From an uncultured Candidatus Saccharibacteria bacterium (GTDB lineage Bacteria > Patescibacteriota > Minisyncoccia > Minisyncoccales > Staskawiczbacteraceae): a DNA stretch of 53,763 bases. The position numbers and the translations under genes were made by a program. The notes beneath the pieces are model-generated. The model was not told the origin of the DNA, did not search any database, and was given only the letters and a program-made list of their open reading frames with translations. Location of the stretch: positions 1-53,763 of the forward strand of contig CAYRHW010000007.1 of NCBI GenBank assembly GCA_964424305.1, written 5' to 3'. Below, piece after piece: positions 38,185 through 48,470 of this stretch (its first letter is position 1; every line of letters starts with the position of its first letter).

Positions 38185-39666
38185 TTAATCGTTGAGTATT
38201 TTGGCGTAGAGCTTATTCTCTCCATCCAACCTATCAACTATTGAAAACACCTTTTCCCAGCCAGCAACATTTTCCGGCTTGGAGAAAAATTCCTTCAATA
38301 ACTCATTCCATAAATGGACCATCCCCTCCTCAACATCCAAATCCGGGATGACCATCAATATACCGCTCTGAATGATCTCTTTGATAGACACCGACCGGTA
38401 ATCATCGGCAGCAATGCGACCGAGCCAGGTCGTCGATTCCTCGAAAGATTTTGCTGGGCTGCTACGCAGGCCTGCGCCTATTCCACTCGGAGAATGCGCC
38501 ATGAAAGCTGCCATTTGGACGATTCTGTAGGCATGGTCCACAGTAACCCCGAGTGATGCCAAGTGCTCCCTCAAGAACTCTTTGGCTTCTCCCGCGGCAT
38601 AGCATCCACGAGAATCGATGATTTCACGGATCATGTTATCGGGATAAACCTGGAGCCCCGAGATTACCGAGCTCATAACCTTGAATGAATGCAGCACAAC
38701 GTGGAAAAGATCGGGCCAAGCGACTCGCTCAACGCATGACTGCTCGATTGCCCTCTCTTCCCAAGTAGCAATGTTCTGAACAATCATCAACAGATATCCC
38801 TGAGCCATCCTGGCCATTCCCTCAACTTGCTCTGTCTTGATTGTATTTTTTTTATGAGGCATCCGAGAGGAGCCTTTTTGCTTTTTGCCAAATGGCTCTT
38901 GGTAAATTGGCCTACCTGATCTTGCCCCGAGCCTGATTGCCGTAGCAATCTTGTTCAGGGTCATTACCATCTGACAAAGCGCTTGAGCCAAAGGAACATA
39001 CAGCTCCCGTGGCATAATCTGAGTCGCCCCATAAAATGGCTTCAGACCAAGTTGAGCTAAGGCTGCCACCTCAAGCTCGGGCGTTATCCCGCCATAGTTG
39101 CCGATGGCACCGGAAAGTTTTGAATACTTTAAGTTTTGCTGAGCCCTGAGAAGGTTCTCTTTATCCACCTCGAGGTCAGCCAGCCATGAAAGGAAACGCT
39201 TACCGAGGGTCTGAACCTCGGCCCCTTGGCCGTGGGTCTTGCCCATCATGATTGTGAAACGATGCTTTCTCGCCAATTCGACCAAGTTTGAAATCAATTC
39301 AGAATATACATCGACAACGCAATCAACAGACATTCTGAGTATCATTGCGAAAGCTGCTTCTTCGGTATCATACGAAGTCATCCCTTGGTGAAAAATTGGT
39401 TGCGCAGTGGGAGATAGGAACCTGACCCTTTCGTCGATAAACGCTTGAAGGTCATGGCCATTTTCTTTTTCCCGCGTCTTCCACCAATCAAGGACAACTG
39501 GGGTTCTCAACAAGGCAGTAGAAATTTCATTCGCGACATCGGCTGGCAAAGTTCCCATAAGGTAGCGTGCCTTGATTACAGCCAATTCGACTTTCTGCCA
39601 CATGAGCACCTTAGTCTGATCACTCCATAAATCTTCAATTTTCGGACTTCTGTAGCGGCTTATCAT
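38185..39666 (-). CDS. purB: Adenylosuccinate lyase
   Basis: MISRY, H.GMTSYD, GKTHGQ, GSSRMPHKKN; SD AAGGAGG. Confidence 0.95.
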   Translation of the reverse strand: MISRYRSPKIEDLWSDQTKVLMWQKVELAVIKARYLMGTLPADVANEISTALLRTPVVLDWWKTREKENGHDLQAFIDERVRFLSPTAQPIFHQGMTSYDTEEAAFAMILRMSVDCVVDVYSELISNLVELARKHRFTIMMGKTHGQGAEVQTLGKRFLSWLADLEVDKENLLRAQQNLKYSKLSGAIGNYGGITPELEVAALAQLGLKPFYGATQIMPRELYVPLAQALCQMVMTLNKIATAIRLGARSGRPIYQEPFGKKQKGSSRMPHKKNTIKTEQVEGMARMAQGYLLMIVQNIATWEERAIEQSCVERVAWPDLFHVVLHSFKVMSSVISGLQVYPDNMIREIIDSRGCYAAGEAKEFLREHLASLGVTVDHAYRIVQMAAFMAHSPSGIGAGLRSSPAKSFEESTTWLGRIAADDYRSVSIKEIIQSGILMVIPDLDVEEGMVHLWNELLKEFFSKPENVAGWEKVFSIVDRLDGENKLYAKILND

Positions 39667-39839
39667 AACCGCCTCCTTTCGCCTCTCGGGTAGAATCAGA
39701 TTATTTTCCAAAAAAGTTTTAAATGTACATTGCTATATTGCAATAAATATTTGAATTAGTCAACCCTGCACATACCTATTTTTCTATTAGAATTTACAAC
39801 AAAAATCCGCATACTTTTGCGGAATTTTGTTTAAATTGA

Positions 39840-40679
39840 TTAGTTTACAGAGCAGATATTGGCTTTTATCTTGAATTCACTTTTGAGCCAGGCCTTAACG
39901 TCATCTATATTCCCCACCTCATCAATCAATCCCTTTGTTTTAGCCTCCTGGGCGGTCATTATGGAGCCGTCAGCCACTTCTACGGTCTTCTTCCTGTCTA
40001 GATTCCTATTCTTGCTGACTAGGTCTATGAAAGAGCTGTTAAGCTGATCTATATACCCAATCAATAAATCTCTTTCCTCTTGGGTAAGGGCTTTATCTGG
40101 ATTAGCGATATCTTTAAATTTACCAGATGATATCTCTTGGTAGACCACTCCCCCACTTTCATTTTGTTGAGAATAATCTAAGTAAGACATCGTAACCCCA
40201 ATATTCCCTACCTCAGAAAAAGAAGTTGCATATATTTTTCTTGCTCCAGTTGAGGCCATATAGGCTGCTGAATCCCCTGCTCCTCGTATAAGGGCGACCG
40301 TTGGTTTCTTAGAATTCTTTATGGCATCGGCTATCTCCTCTCCAGCAACTGGTGATCCTCCAAATGAATCGACATCGATAATAATTGCCTTTATTCTTCC
40401 GATATTATTGATTTGATTGATATAATCAGAAATTTCTTCCGAAGACGTGATTACTGTTTTATCATCTAGGTTCTCTCTGTATGTCACCATACTTCCATGA
40501 ACTTTTATAAGGGCGACATTTCCTCCATTCTCGCAAGCTTCCTCAACTACATTCCTATTTCCGAAAACATTTCCGATACTGCCCAGGGCAATGATGAGGA
40601 CGAAAATTACCGCGATTGTAATTAGTGTAATTTTTACACTCATTAATAACCTGTATCTTTTGTAGCTAGGAGAAGCCAT
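39840..40679 (-). CDS. sppA: Signal peptide peptidase SppA (S49)
   Basis: DSFGGS, SAAY, GNIGV, SGKFKD. Confidence 0.9.
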   Translation of the reverse strand: MASPSYKRYRLLMSVKITLITIAVIFVLIIALGSIGNVFGNRNVVEEACENGGNVALIKVHGSMVTYRENLDDKTVITSSEEISDYINQINNIGRIKAIIIDVDSFGGSPVAGEEIADAIKNSKKPTVALIRGAGDSAAYMASTGARKIYATSFSEVGNIGVTMSYLDYSQQNESGGVVYQEISSGKFKDIANPDKALTQEERDLLIGYIDQLNSSFIDLVSKNRNLDRKKTVEVADGSIMTAQEAKTKGLIDEVGNIDDVKAWLKSEFKIKANICSVN

Positions 40680-40718
40680 AATTTTGAAAAATATTATTAT
40701 TAATGTATTTTACTACAT

Positions 40719-41471
40719 CTAGTTATTAATTGTAAGATATCTCCATTTATTGAACTGATCTTTATTAAATTTGTAACTACTGTAATTTAAATGTTTTAAC
40801 AATTTCTCCAATCCCCTCTTCTGTAGATAATCGAACTCCATATATATTTTCCCACCGACATTCAAAAAACTTCGGGCATCAGTTAAAAATTTCTTTATAT
40901 AATAAAAACCATCTTCCCCGCCGAACAACGCATTCCTTGGTTCAAAAACTAAAACAGACTTTTGAATTCTATTCTTCCTGGTTGTCGCGATATATGGAGG
41001 GTTGGCCAATATATAATCATATTTCTCCTTAACACCCGACAGAATATCGGACTGGATTATTTTATACCTGCTCTTTTTTATTTTATCTAATCCCAGGTTT
41101 ATCTCGATCTGTTTTAAAAATTTCTTTGCCTTCTCTGAAAAATGCACCGTCGCACAATCTACTTTCGAAAGAATTGCTAACCCGATGCAACCAGAGCCCG
41201 CAAAGATGTCTAAAACCTTTAAACTCGGCCGACGAGATAAGTCGTTTTTTATTTCTTCAATCGCCTTTTCAACCCAAAACTCCGTTTCTTGCCTAGGAAT
41301 TAATGGTTTTTTCGACAAATCAATCTTACAACCTAAAAAACTGGTAAAACCAATGACATAATCTATTGGCTCACCAGCCTTGAGTCTCTTAACATCTTTT
41401 TCTGTTTCTTTTGTTGGCTTACCCTTATATTTTTCCTTTATAAGCCAGCCTATCTCTTTGTTTAAATTCAT
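40719..41471 (-). CDS. prmC: Release-factor glutamine methyltransferase (HemK)
   Basis: GEPIDY, LIPRQETE, DIFAGSGCIG, NPPY. Confidence 0.95.
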   Translation of the reverse strand: MNLNKEIGWLIKEKYKGKPTKETEKDVKRLKAGEPIDYVIGFTSFLGCKIDLSKKPLIPRQETEFWVEKAIEEIKNDLSRRPSLKVLDIFAGSGCIGLAILSKVDCATVHFSEKAKKFLKQIEINLGLDKIKKSRYKIIQSDILSGVKEKYDYILANPPYIATTRKNRIQKSVLVFEPRNALFGGEDGFYYIKKFLTDARSFLNVGGKIYMEFDYLQKRGLEKLLKHLNYSSYKFNKDQFNKWRYLTINN

Positions 41472-42082
41472 TTCAATATTTCTTCTAGTTCTTTTACGTT
41501 GTGCACCAAAAAGTCAGGATTCATTTTCGCCAATCTATCCTCGCCAACCAGTCCCCATGTTACTGCACAGGTTTTAATGCCAATTTTCTTACCGACCTCT
41601 ACCTCACAATTTGAGTCTCCGATAAAAATAGTTTCGTCTAAGTTAAAACTGTTTTTGATCATTAATTCTCTCACTGCTGGCTCCTTTGTTTCAACGTCAG
41701 CGATAACCTCGCTAAAAACACCGGCCAACCCATACTTTTCGATTTCTGGTATAAGCGTGTCCGACAAGTCAGAACTAACTACAATTAATATTCTGCCTAA
41801 ATCTTTCAAGCTCTTTATTAAATCAATGATGCCAGGGGTGGCATCTGGCGTTTTCTCTTCGAGAATAAATTTCCTATACAATGCGGCTTGTTCTTTTGCA
41901 TTTATCTCTGGCAAATATTTATTATAAAAATCCATATGTGGCTGTTCCCAAGTATTTTGCATCTCTTCCAATGAAATTTCCCTACGACCATAAACCACAA
42001 AGATCTTGTTTATTAAAACAAGCTGCTGCTTGGCTGCATCTTTAATAACCCCGCACCAATCGAAGATTATGTTCTTAATCAT
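41468..42082 (-). CDS. HAD-superfamily hydrolase
   Basis: FDWCGV (DxD variant), VVSS, KEP, IGDS. Confidence 0.88.
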   Translation of the reverse strand: MIKNIIFDWCGVIKDAAKQQLVLINKIFVVYGRREISLEEMQNTWEQPHMDFYNKYLPEINAKEQAALYRKFILEEKTPDATPGIIDLIKSLKDLGRILIVVSSDLSDTLIPEIEKYGLAGVFSEVIADVETKEPAVRELMIKNSFNLDETIFIGDSNCEVEVGKKIGIKTCAVTWGLVGEDRLAKMNPDFLVHNVKELEEILK

Positions 42083-42083
42083 A

Positions 42084-42680
42084 TTAATTAGGAGAAAAAC
42101 CCTTAGCGACAATATAGAATTCCTTACTATGTTTAATAACGGCCATTGGTCTTACTCTTTTAAGTACTCTGAAATCTTTTTCTACGATCTTAATGAAAGC
42201 ATCCACTCCTTCTCCCTCAAAAATCTTAGAAATGAAATGCCCCCCTCTTCTCAAGGTAAACTTTGCAATGTCAAAAGCTTTTTCAGAAAGCTCCAAGGAT
42301 TTACCGACATCAGTCGAAATTACGCCAGAGGTTTTTGGCGCTAAATCAGCAGACACAACATCGCATTTCCCCTTTATCCTGAATAAATCCGCCTCGGTTA
42401 ATTCAAAAATATCTTTTTTCACAAAATCCACATTTGCTCTTTCTGGCATGTTGGCATCTTCAATATCAATGGCGAAAACTCTACCCTGCTGGCCGACTTT
42501 ATCAGACAGGTACAAAACCCAAGATCCTGGGCTTGAACCCAAATCTAAAACAAAATCACCCTTCTTGATAAGGCGATGCTTTTCGTCTATTTCCTTCAAC
42601 TTGTAAATAGACCGGGCAGGATATCCCTCTTCCCTTGCTTTGCGGGTATAGAATTCGTCTTTATTGTCTTTTCGATACAT
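42084..42680 (-). CDS. rlmE: 23S rRNA Um2552 methyltransferase
   Basis: ARSIYKL, DLGSSPGSW, DLAP, KIF, SKEFY (K-D-K-E tetrad). Confidence 0.93.
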   Translation of the reverse strand: MYRKDNKDEFYTRKAREEGYPARSIYKLKEIDEKHRLIKKGDFVLDLGSSPGSWVLYLSDKVGQQGRVFAIDIEDANMPERANVDFVKKDIFELTEADLFRIKGKCDVVSADLAPKTSGVISTDVGKSLELSEKAFDIAKFTLRRGGHFISKIFEGEGVDAFIKIVEKDFRVLKRVRPMAVIKHSKEFYIVAKGFSPN

Positions 42681-42747
42681 AATATGAATCTATCATTTTT
42701 TTTGGAAAGAAAAAAGCCCTTTGGGGCTTTGAATTCGATTGGAGTAA

Positions 42748-43692
42748 TTAGGTTAACAGCATCTTTAGCAATGCCATACGAGTGAATAGTCCCGCATCAA
42801 TTTGATCCGTAAGATAGGCCGCTCTCGGGTCTTTGTCCACCTCAAGGGTTATTTCTTCATTCCTCGGCAACGGATGCATAATGACGGATTCGGGTTTCAT
42901 CAACTCGAGCACAGATTCATCCACCATAAAGAATCCCTGGCTACTATCAGACCTATCAAGGTCACTCCCTCGCTCTCTCTGGGTGCGAGTTTGGTAGATG
43001 ACATCTACCATACGAGCGACTTCCCTCAAATCAGTTTCTTCAAAAAAAGTTACTCCGTGCTTTCTCAAATGAGTTTTGATGTCCTCTTTAATCATCGACG
43101 CTGGTGGCGCCACAAAGTAAAACTTCACACCTGGATATTTGGCCAGTAGATAGGTTAAGGATCTCACTGTCCTACCATTCTTCAAATCCCCCACCATAGC
43201 CACGCTGATTTCCGCAATGCGCCCAAGACGCTTATGGATGGTGTACACATCCAGCAAAGCTTGAGTTGGGTGCTGACCAGTTCCATCTCCAGCGTTAATG
43301 ATTGAAGCTGCATTGGCTCCAATTTCCGAAGAAACTTCTTCGGCGATCCTTGCTCCACCTTCTTCGTGATAACGCAGGATAATAACATGCGGACGATACC
43401 GATTCAAAACCAAAATAGTATCTCGCAAACTTTCACCTTTAACCACCGAAGAGAACTGTCGAGCATTCTCAGTAGAAAAAACCACCTCTCCACCAAGAAA
43501 TCTCATTGCGCTTTCAAAAGAGGCCCGCGTTCTTGTGCTTGGCTCATAAAAAAACACTGCCATTCTCTTGCCGCGAAGAATATCAGTTGGTTTATCACAA
43601 TCCACAAGTTTTCCCATTTCATCGGCCAGCGGGAAGAATTTCCCCTCCAGCCAATCTATATCAAACTGCTGCGCTTCTATAATGTGTTTCAT
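42748..43692 (-). CDS. pyrB: Aspartate carbamoyltransferase catalytic subunit
   Basis: FYEPSTRT, NAGDG.GQHPTQ, GDLKNGRTVRSL, TRTQRER, MHPLPR. Confidence 0.97.
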   Translation of the reverse strand: MKHIIEAQQFDIDWLEGKFFPLADEMGKLVDCDKPTDILRGKRMAVFFYEPSTRTRASFESAMRFLGGEVVFSTENARQFSSVVKGESLRDTILVLNRYRPHVIILRYHEEGGARIAEEVSSEIGANAASIINAGDGTGQHPTQALLDVYTIHKRLGRIAEISVAMVGDLKNGRTVRSLTYLLAKYPGVKFYFVAPPASMIKEDIKTHLRKHGVTFFEETDLREVARMVDVIYQTRTQRERGSDLDRSDSSQGFFMVDESVLELMKPESVIMHPLPRNEEITLEVDKDPRAAYLTDQIDAGLFTRMALLKMLLT

Positions 43693-43745
43693 TCCGCTAC
43701 TCCTTCCTTATAATTTAAAGAGCTATTAAAAAACTAGTTTTTCAA

Positions 43746-44057
43746 CTAGTTTTTAATTTCGGTAATTTCAATCTCTGTAAGCAACTGTCTATGTCCCATT
43801 TTCTTCTGATACCTTTTCTTTGGTTTGTATTTGATAATGGTAATTTTATCTCCTTTGGCTTGTTTAATAATCTTTGCCTCTACTACGGCGCCTTTTACAA
43901 AGGGGGCTCCAATTTCTACCTTTTCATCTTTTTCAACCAATAAAACCTCGGAGAATTTGATTATATCTCCTTCGTTTCCCTCTATTTTCTCTATTTCTAA
44001 TTTGTCTCCTGGAGAAACCTTGTATTGTTTCCCACCTGTTTTTATTATTGCTAACAT
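43746..44057 (-). CDS. rplU: 50S ribosomal protein bL21
   Basis: AIIKTGGKQYKV, GHRQ. Confidence 0.98.
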   Translation of the reverse strand: MLAIIKTGGKQYKVSPGDKLEIEKIEGNEGDIIKFSEVLLVEKDEKVEIGAPFVKGAVVEAKIIKQAKGDKITIIKYKPKKRYQKKMGHRQLLTEIEITEIKN

Positions 44058-44078
44058 GTTGTATATACTATACTATTT

Positions 44079-45122
44079 TTATTCTTCTATCAAGGGCTGA
44101 TCGACCTCATCTATCGTTTTTATGCCCATTTCTTTCCCCGTTATTTTTACCACATCTTTGTCCACTTTTGCAAGCTCTTTAGAGGCTTTATTGTAAATAC
44201 TCACCGTTGTCCCCAAATGCCCCCCTATTTTCTTCATATATTCACTGTAGCCCGCCATATGCTTCCCCAGCCTCTCGACATCCTTAATAATTGCATGGGC
44301 AGTCTCGGATATCGTCTGGTTCCTTAATCCCTGTAAGACTGTCTGCAAATATGCCAGAAAAGAAGTCGGCGAGACAATCACTACTTTCTTTTTCCCTGCA
44401 TGGTAGATAAGATTATTGGTGTCTTCGGTAACCGCCCCTATCTTATTAATCAACAGATCGTAATAGACTGCTTCGGATGGAATGAACATAAAAGCGAAAT
44501 CCATTGTATCCTCTTCTGGCTTCACATATTTTGATGTTTCTTCTATCCTAAGCTTTAAATCATTAATAAAGGCTGCTTCATATCTCTTCTTATCATCGGG
44601 ATTCTTGGCTTCTAGAATCCTGTTATAGTTCTCCAAACTAAACTTTGAATCAATGGGTATAATCCTTTTACCAATAAAGACCACCGCGTCCACGATTACC
44701 CCATCCTTAAAAGGATACTGCATCTGATAGGATCCTGGCGGTAAAACATTTTTTAAAACTGTTTCTAAATAGTATTCTCCAAGTATTCCCCTTTGTTTAG
44801 GGTTCTTCAAAATGTCCTGTAAGCTTTGAAGCTGATCAGCGAAACCAACCACCTGCTTGTTTGTCTCGTCTAGTCTTGTTAATTTTTCTGTTACATTTCT
44901 AATGATAGTGGCACTCTGACTAAACTGTGATTGCATTACCTTCGTGGACTCCGAAAGTTTGCTGTCCAAAACCTGGCTGATATGATTCAACTGTTGCTGT
45001 AACATTAAAAGTGCATTATTCGACTGATCTGGTTTTTTTCTGAAGATAAAATAAATAGCCAGGGTGAAACCCGCTACTAACAAGACTGAAACAATGGTTA
45101 GTGATTCTAAAGATATTTGCAT
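44079..45122 (-). CDS. rmuC: DNA recombination protein RmuC
   Basis: PKQRGILGE, IDSKF, MFIPSE, SPTS; start moved to MQISL. Confidence 0.93.
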   Translation of the reverse strand: MQISLESLTIVSVLLVAGFTLAIYFIFRKKPDQSNNALLMLQQQLNHISQVLDSKLSESTKVMQSQFSQSATIIRNVTEKLTRLDETNKQVVGFADQLQSLQDILKNPKQRGILGEYYLETVLKNVLPPGSYQMQYPFKDGVIVDAVVFIGKRIIPIDSKFSLENYNRILEAKNPDDKKRYEAAFINDLKLRIEETSKYVKPEEDTMDFAFMFIPSEAVYYDLLINKIGAVTEDTNNLIYHAGKKKVVIVSPTSFLAYLQTVLQGLRNQTISETAHAIIKDVERLGKHMAGYSEYMKKIGGHLGTTVSIYNKASKELAKVDKDVVKITGKEMGIKTIDEVDQPLIEE

Positions 45123-45126
45123 ATAT

Positions 45127-46125
45127 TTATCGAAATAGAAATCCAAATCCGCTACTAAGCATGGCGTCCTTAAAAAATATTTCTGTGAGAAGAAAGACAA
45201 TATATATCCCCAATAAGAATAGGGCTTCTTTCTTCCCAATTGACTTTCCACTTCGTACAAAAATTGGAAAAGACAAAGCAGCAATAACAATAAAGATCCT
45301 AACAAGTGCCAAAGAGGAGAAATTATTAATATGTATCGGGGAGATTAATGTCACTATTCCCAGGACCAACGTTGAGGGAATAATTATTGCCCCCATTAAA
45401 TCCCCAAGAATCATCCAACTCTGCCCCTTCAATGCCGAAACACCGTCAAAATATATTTCAGGCAGTGTGCTACCCAAACCAGTTATTAATATACCGACTA
45501 ATAAAATTGACATATTGAAGCTACTAGCAAACACCTGGGCAGAGATAACCACGCCCTGAGCGGCAGCGACGAAAATAATTAATCCGAGCACGACCTTAAT
45601 TAAATCCCTTAGGAAATTCTTAAACCCATTAATTGGGTTTTCCTTACGGCCAACGTATTTTTTTGTAAATCGTTCTTTCTTAGAAAATAGCCACCAAACA
45701 TAGACGACAAAAAATGTAATTAGAATAATGCCATCAAATCGGGAAAGGGTTCTATCTAAAATTAATATCAGGGGTAAAAGGGCCGATCCTGTCACAAAAA
45801 GTGCGCTTGTTCTTATGGTTCTACTCTCGGCTGGGACTGATCCCTTAGACAATAAAACAGCTATTGCTACTGCAATAGTTAAAGCCGCTAAGTTATTTCC
45901 AGAAACATCTCCAAAGGAAAGCTCTGGAATTCCACGAAAGGCGGCCGAGAGCCCAACTATTAGATTAGGCAAAGAAGCTGCTGAGGCCATTACAAAAAAA
46001 GCCACCACAAACTCCCTCCACCCTAAAAATTTAGCTATTCTTACTAGGCCATCGACAACTAACTTACCTGCGATGTAAAAAAGGATGCAGGAGAGTAGAA
46101 AAAGACCGATATATAGAATAAGCAT
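45127..46125 (-). CDS. Ca2+/Na+ antiporter (CaCA, YrbG-like)
   Basis: Two alpha-repeats ASLPN and GSTLPE; polytopic. Confidence 0.9.
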   Translation of the reverse strand: MLILYIGLFLLSCILFYIAGKLVVDGLVRIAKFLGWREFVVAFFVMASAASLPNLIVGLSAAFRGIPELSFGDVSGNNLAALTIAVAIAVLLSKGSVPAESRTIRTSALFVTGSALLPLILILDRTLSRFDGIILITFFVVYVWWLFSKKERFTKKYVGRKENPINGFKNFLRDLIKVVLGLIIFVAAAQGVVISAQVFASSFNMSILLVGILITGLGSTLPEIYFDGVSALKGQSWMILGDLMGAIIIPSTLVLGIVTLISPIHINNFSSLALVRIFIVIAALSFPIFVRSGKSIGKKEALFLLGIYIVFLLTEIFFKDAMLSSGFGFLFR

Positions 46126-46128
46126 TTG

Positions 46129-47247
46129 TTAGAAAAAATAAATAAGTTCGTAAATAATTCCTAATGCAAAAATTAAAATCACGGAATACGTAAGCAATTT
46201 ACTGCTCGAGTACTCAACCCTTCTATGCATCAAAGCGATCAAGATTCCATCAACCGCGAGAGAAACTCCTCCGATAAGCCCAATGATACCAATAAAATTA
46301 TTAAATCCTGCTAGAAATAAGACAAAGGGCACAGAACAGGTCAAAATCCACGCCAATCTCTCTGACAATTTCATATCATACCATAAAACCTTCTTCAAAT
46401 TAAGGCCGACTGCAACAAAAGAAGTAAATGTTGCCAACAAACCAGCTAGGAATAAAGCACTTATTACCTTCGACCCTAAAACTCCTTGTAATCCAGAAAT
46501 GGCTTCTTGGCTCGTCTGGGCTCCAGAAATCCCCAGGACTAATAGTATAAAAAATATGAAGCAACCAGCTGATATCAGCGTACTTATGGTTATCACCATA
46601 TGCAATTTCTTCTTATCATCCCCCAGCATCTCCTCTAGCTCGGGAATCATTGATGCGCCCCAGAGAGCGAACAACAACGGCCCATATGGTAAAAACCACG
46701 ACCCCCAATTAGACATATTAAAGGACAAACTAGTAAAGTGCCAAAAGCTGATTCCTTGAAATAAGACAACCAGAAGGGCGACAAAAAACAAACTAATTCC
46801 CCAAAACTCTATTTTAGAAATTGCTTTTGAGCCCATGTAAATATACATGGCCCCAACGATGAAATATATAAGGGGGAATAAAATATCACTCCCACCCATT
46901 ATTGGCTTTAACAAGCCACCAAGAAATCCACCACCGACAATAGTATAAACCAACAATGTTCCAACGGATCCTAAAATGGCAGAGACGACAGCTATTGTTT
47001 TCCACACCTTACCCAAATGCATTTTTGCATAGCCCGGTAGGCGCAGAAAATCTGGAGTTTTCAAGGCAACATCGCAATACATATAATTTACCAGTAGAAC
47101 CATGGCGGTGATGATAATCAAATACAAAACCATTGTCCACAGTCCAACCTGCAGCGCGATATATGGCAAAGCAAAAATACCGACGCCGATAATAAGACCA
47201 GTCAAAGTCGCTACAGCTAAAATAATTTTCTTGATATCTTTCACCAT
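46129..47247 (-). CDS. Aromatic amino acid permease family transporter
   Basis: GLIIGVGIFALP, ATFTSF; many TMs. Confidence 0.88.
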   Translation of the reverse strand: MVKDIKKIILAVATLTGLIIGVGIFALPYIALQVGLWTMVLYLIIITAMVLLVNYMYCDVALKTPDFLRLPGYAKMHLGKVWKTIAVVSAILGSVGTLLVYTIVGGGFLGGLLKPIMGGSDILFPLIYFIVGAMYIYMGSKAISKIEFWGISLFFVALLVVLFQGISFWHFTSLSFNMSNWGSWFLPYGPLLFALWGASMIPELEEMLGDDKKKLHMVITISTLISAGCFIFFILLVLGISGAQTSQEAISGLQGVLGSKVISALFLAGLLATFTSFVAVGLNLKKVLWYDMKLSERLAWILTCSVPFVLFLAGFNNFIGIIGLIGGVSLAVDGILIALMHRRVEYSSSKLLTYSVILIFALGIIYELIYFF

Positions 47248-47337
47248 GTAATTAATATATTCTACCAAAAAATCGCCGTGAAAGCGATTATATCTTATCT
47301 ACCAGCGAGAAATGAAAAACGCCGACATGGATCGGCG

Positions 47338-47919
47338 TCAAAAACGTTTCTCAGAACGGAAAACTTTACAGTAAAGAGCGAATGCTTCCTCAGACATCTC
47401 TTCATGTGCAAGCTTTATTTCCTTTGCAAGGGCTGAATAGTGAACGATTTGCTTATTCAAAATCACGTATAGCATCCTCAGTGCAGCAACGGTCGATTGG
47501 TCATTGTCATCAATAACCACAAAGGGCCCATCGGAATAATACATTGCTACTAAGTACTTAGCATCGTCCAAAAATGATTCAAAAGTATTCTCTGGTTTTT
47601 CTGCACTAGTAAAAACCTTCCCCTCACAGTATTCATGATAAACCGTATAGCGCAGATATGGGTCACGACCTGTGACAAAAATTATGGGAACCAGTCTTTT
47701 GATTTTGAATAAGTTGAACAATCTTCTCACAACACAGACATGACCCTTTGATAAACTACCGGTTAACCAAAAGTATACAAAGGTGGGCAATTTAATGTAC
47801 TTAATTTGTACGCCACGGACAACCTCAAGTCGCCTTGGCAGAATCCACCATAATGATATTGAAATAAAATTAGAAAGTTCTTTGTATAACCTCCTAAAAA
47901 GTTTTACTATCCACTTCAT
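47338..47919 (-). CDS. Hypothetical protein with HExxE...H putative metal motif
   Basis: SD AAGGAG; YHEYCEG and distal VHYSALAKE; terminator at about 47314-47338. Confidence 0.7.
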   Translation of the reverse strand: MKWIVKLFRRLYKELSNFISISLWWILPRRLEVVRGVQIKYIKLPTFVYFWLTGSLSKGHVCVVRRLFNLFKIKRLVPIIFVTGRDPYLRYTVYHEYCEGKVFTSAEKPENTFESFLDDAKYLVAMYYSDGPFVVIDDNDQSTVAALRMLYVILNKQIVHYSALAKEIKLAHEEMSEEAFALYCKVFRSEKRF

Positions 47920-48373
47920 TGCCCTCTCCTTTATAGCCCAGATTTCCTATTAATAACGTGTAAAAAGGACTATCAGCAGTATACGTCTTTGGCCCTGCTC
48001 CCGTCAACAAGTCAGAAAAACAATAAAAATGGAGCACTTCCCGGGGGTCGTGCTCCTTTGCCAGTTTGGGATTTTTCACCCGATTCACGAGACGACTGGC
48101 TCGCCCATGGTCGAAGACCATCTGTTGTTTTCCATCTCTGGACGGTATGAATCCGTTCTTTGGGGGAACAACAGCAATTCCCAAAAAGCAACTGTGTGGT
48201 CGCGCATCTATTCCCACCGGTCTACGGGCATCAACGCGACAGTTACTTTCAAAGAACGTTGTCCACAACTCGCATAGGTTGCCCTTATTAACCCGGATAG
48301 GGACCCATCGTGGACTGCTCAGGCCGGGAATTACCGGGTACGTCTGCGGCGTTTGTGTTTCGCCACGGCACAC
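47894..48373 (-). CDS. Hypothetical protein, start uncertain (possible frameshift)
   Basis: Overlaps downstream gene start; the well-spaced SD serves a different frame (see findings). Confidence 0.5.
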   Translation of the reverse strand: MCRGETQTPQTYPVIPGLSSPRWVPIRVNKGNLCELWTTFFESNCRVDARRPVGIDARPHSCFLGIAVVPPKNGFIPSRDGKQQMVFDHGRASRLVNRVKNPKLAKEHDPREVLHFYCFSDLLTGAGPKTYTADSPFYTLLIGNLGYKGEGNEVDSKTF

Positions 48374-48470
48374 CTCCTTTCTTCATATTAAATAACTTTA
48401 TAAAAAAAGCACCTTAATGTAAAGGTGCTTTTTTACATGGAAAAAGCGCTAACCTTTTGAGAAAGCGCTC

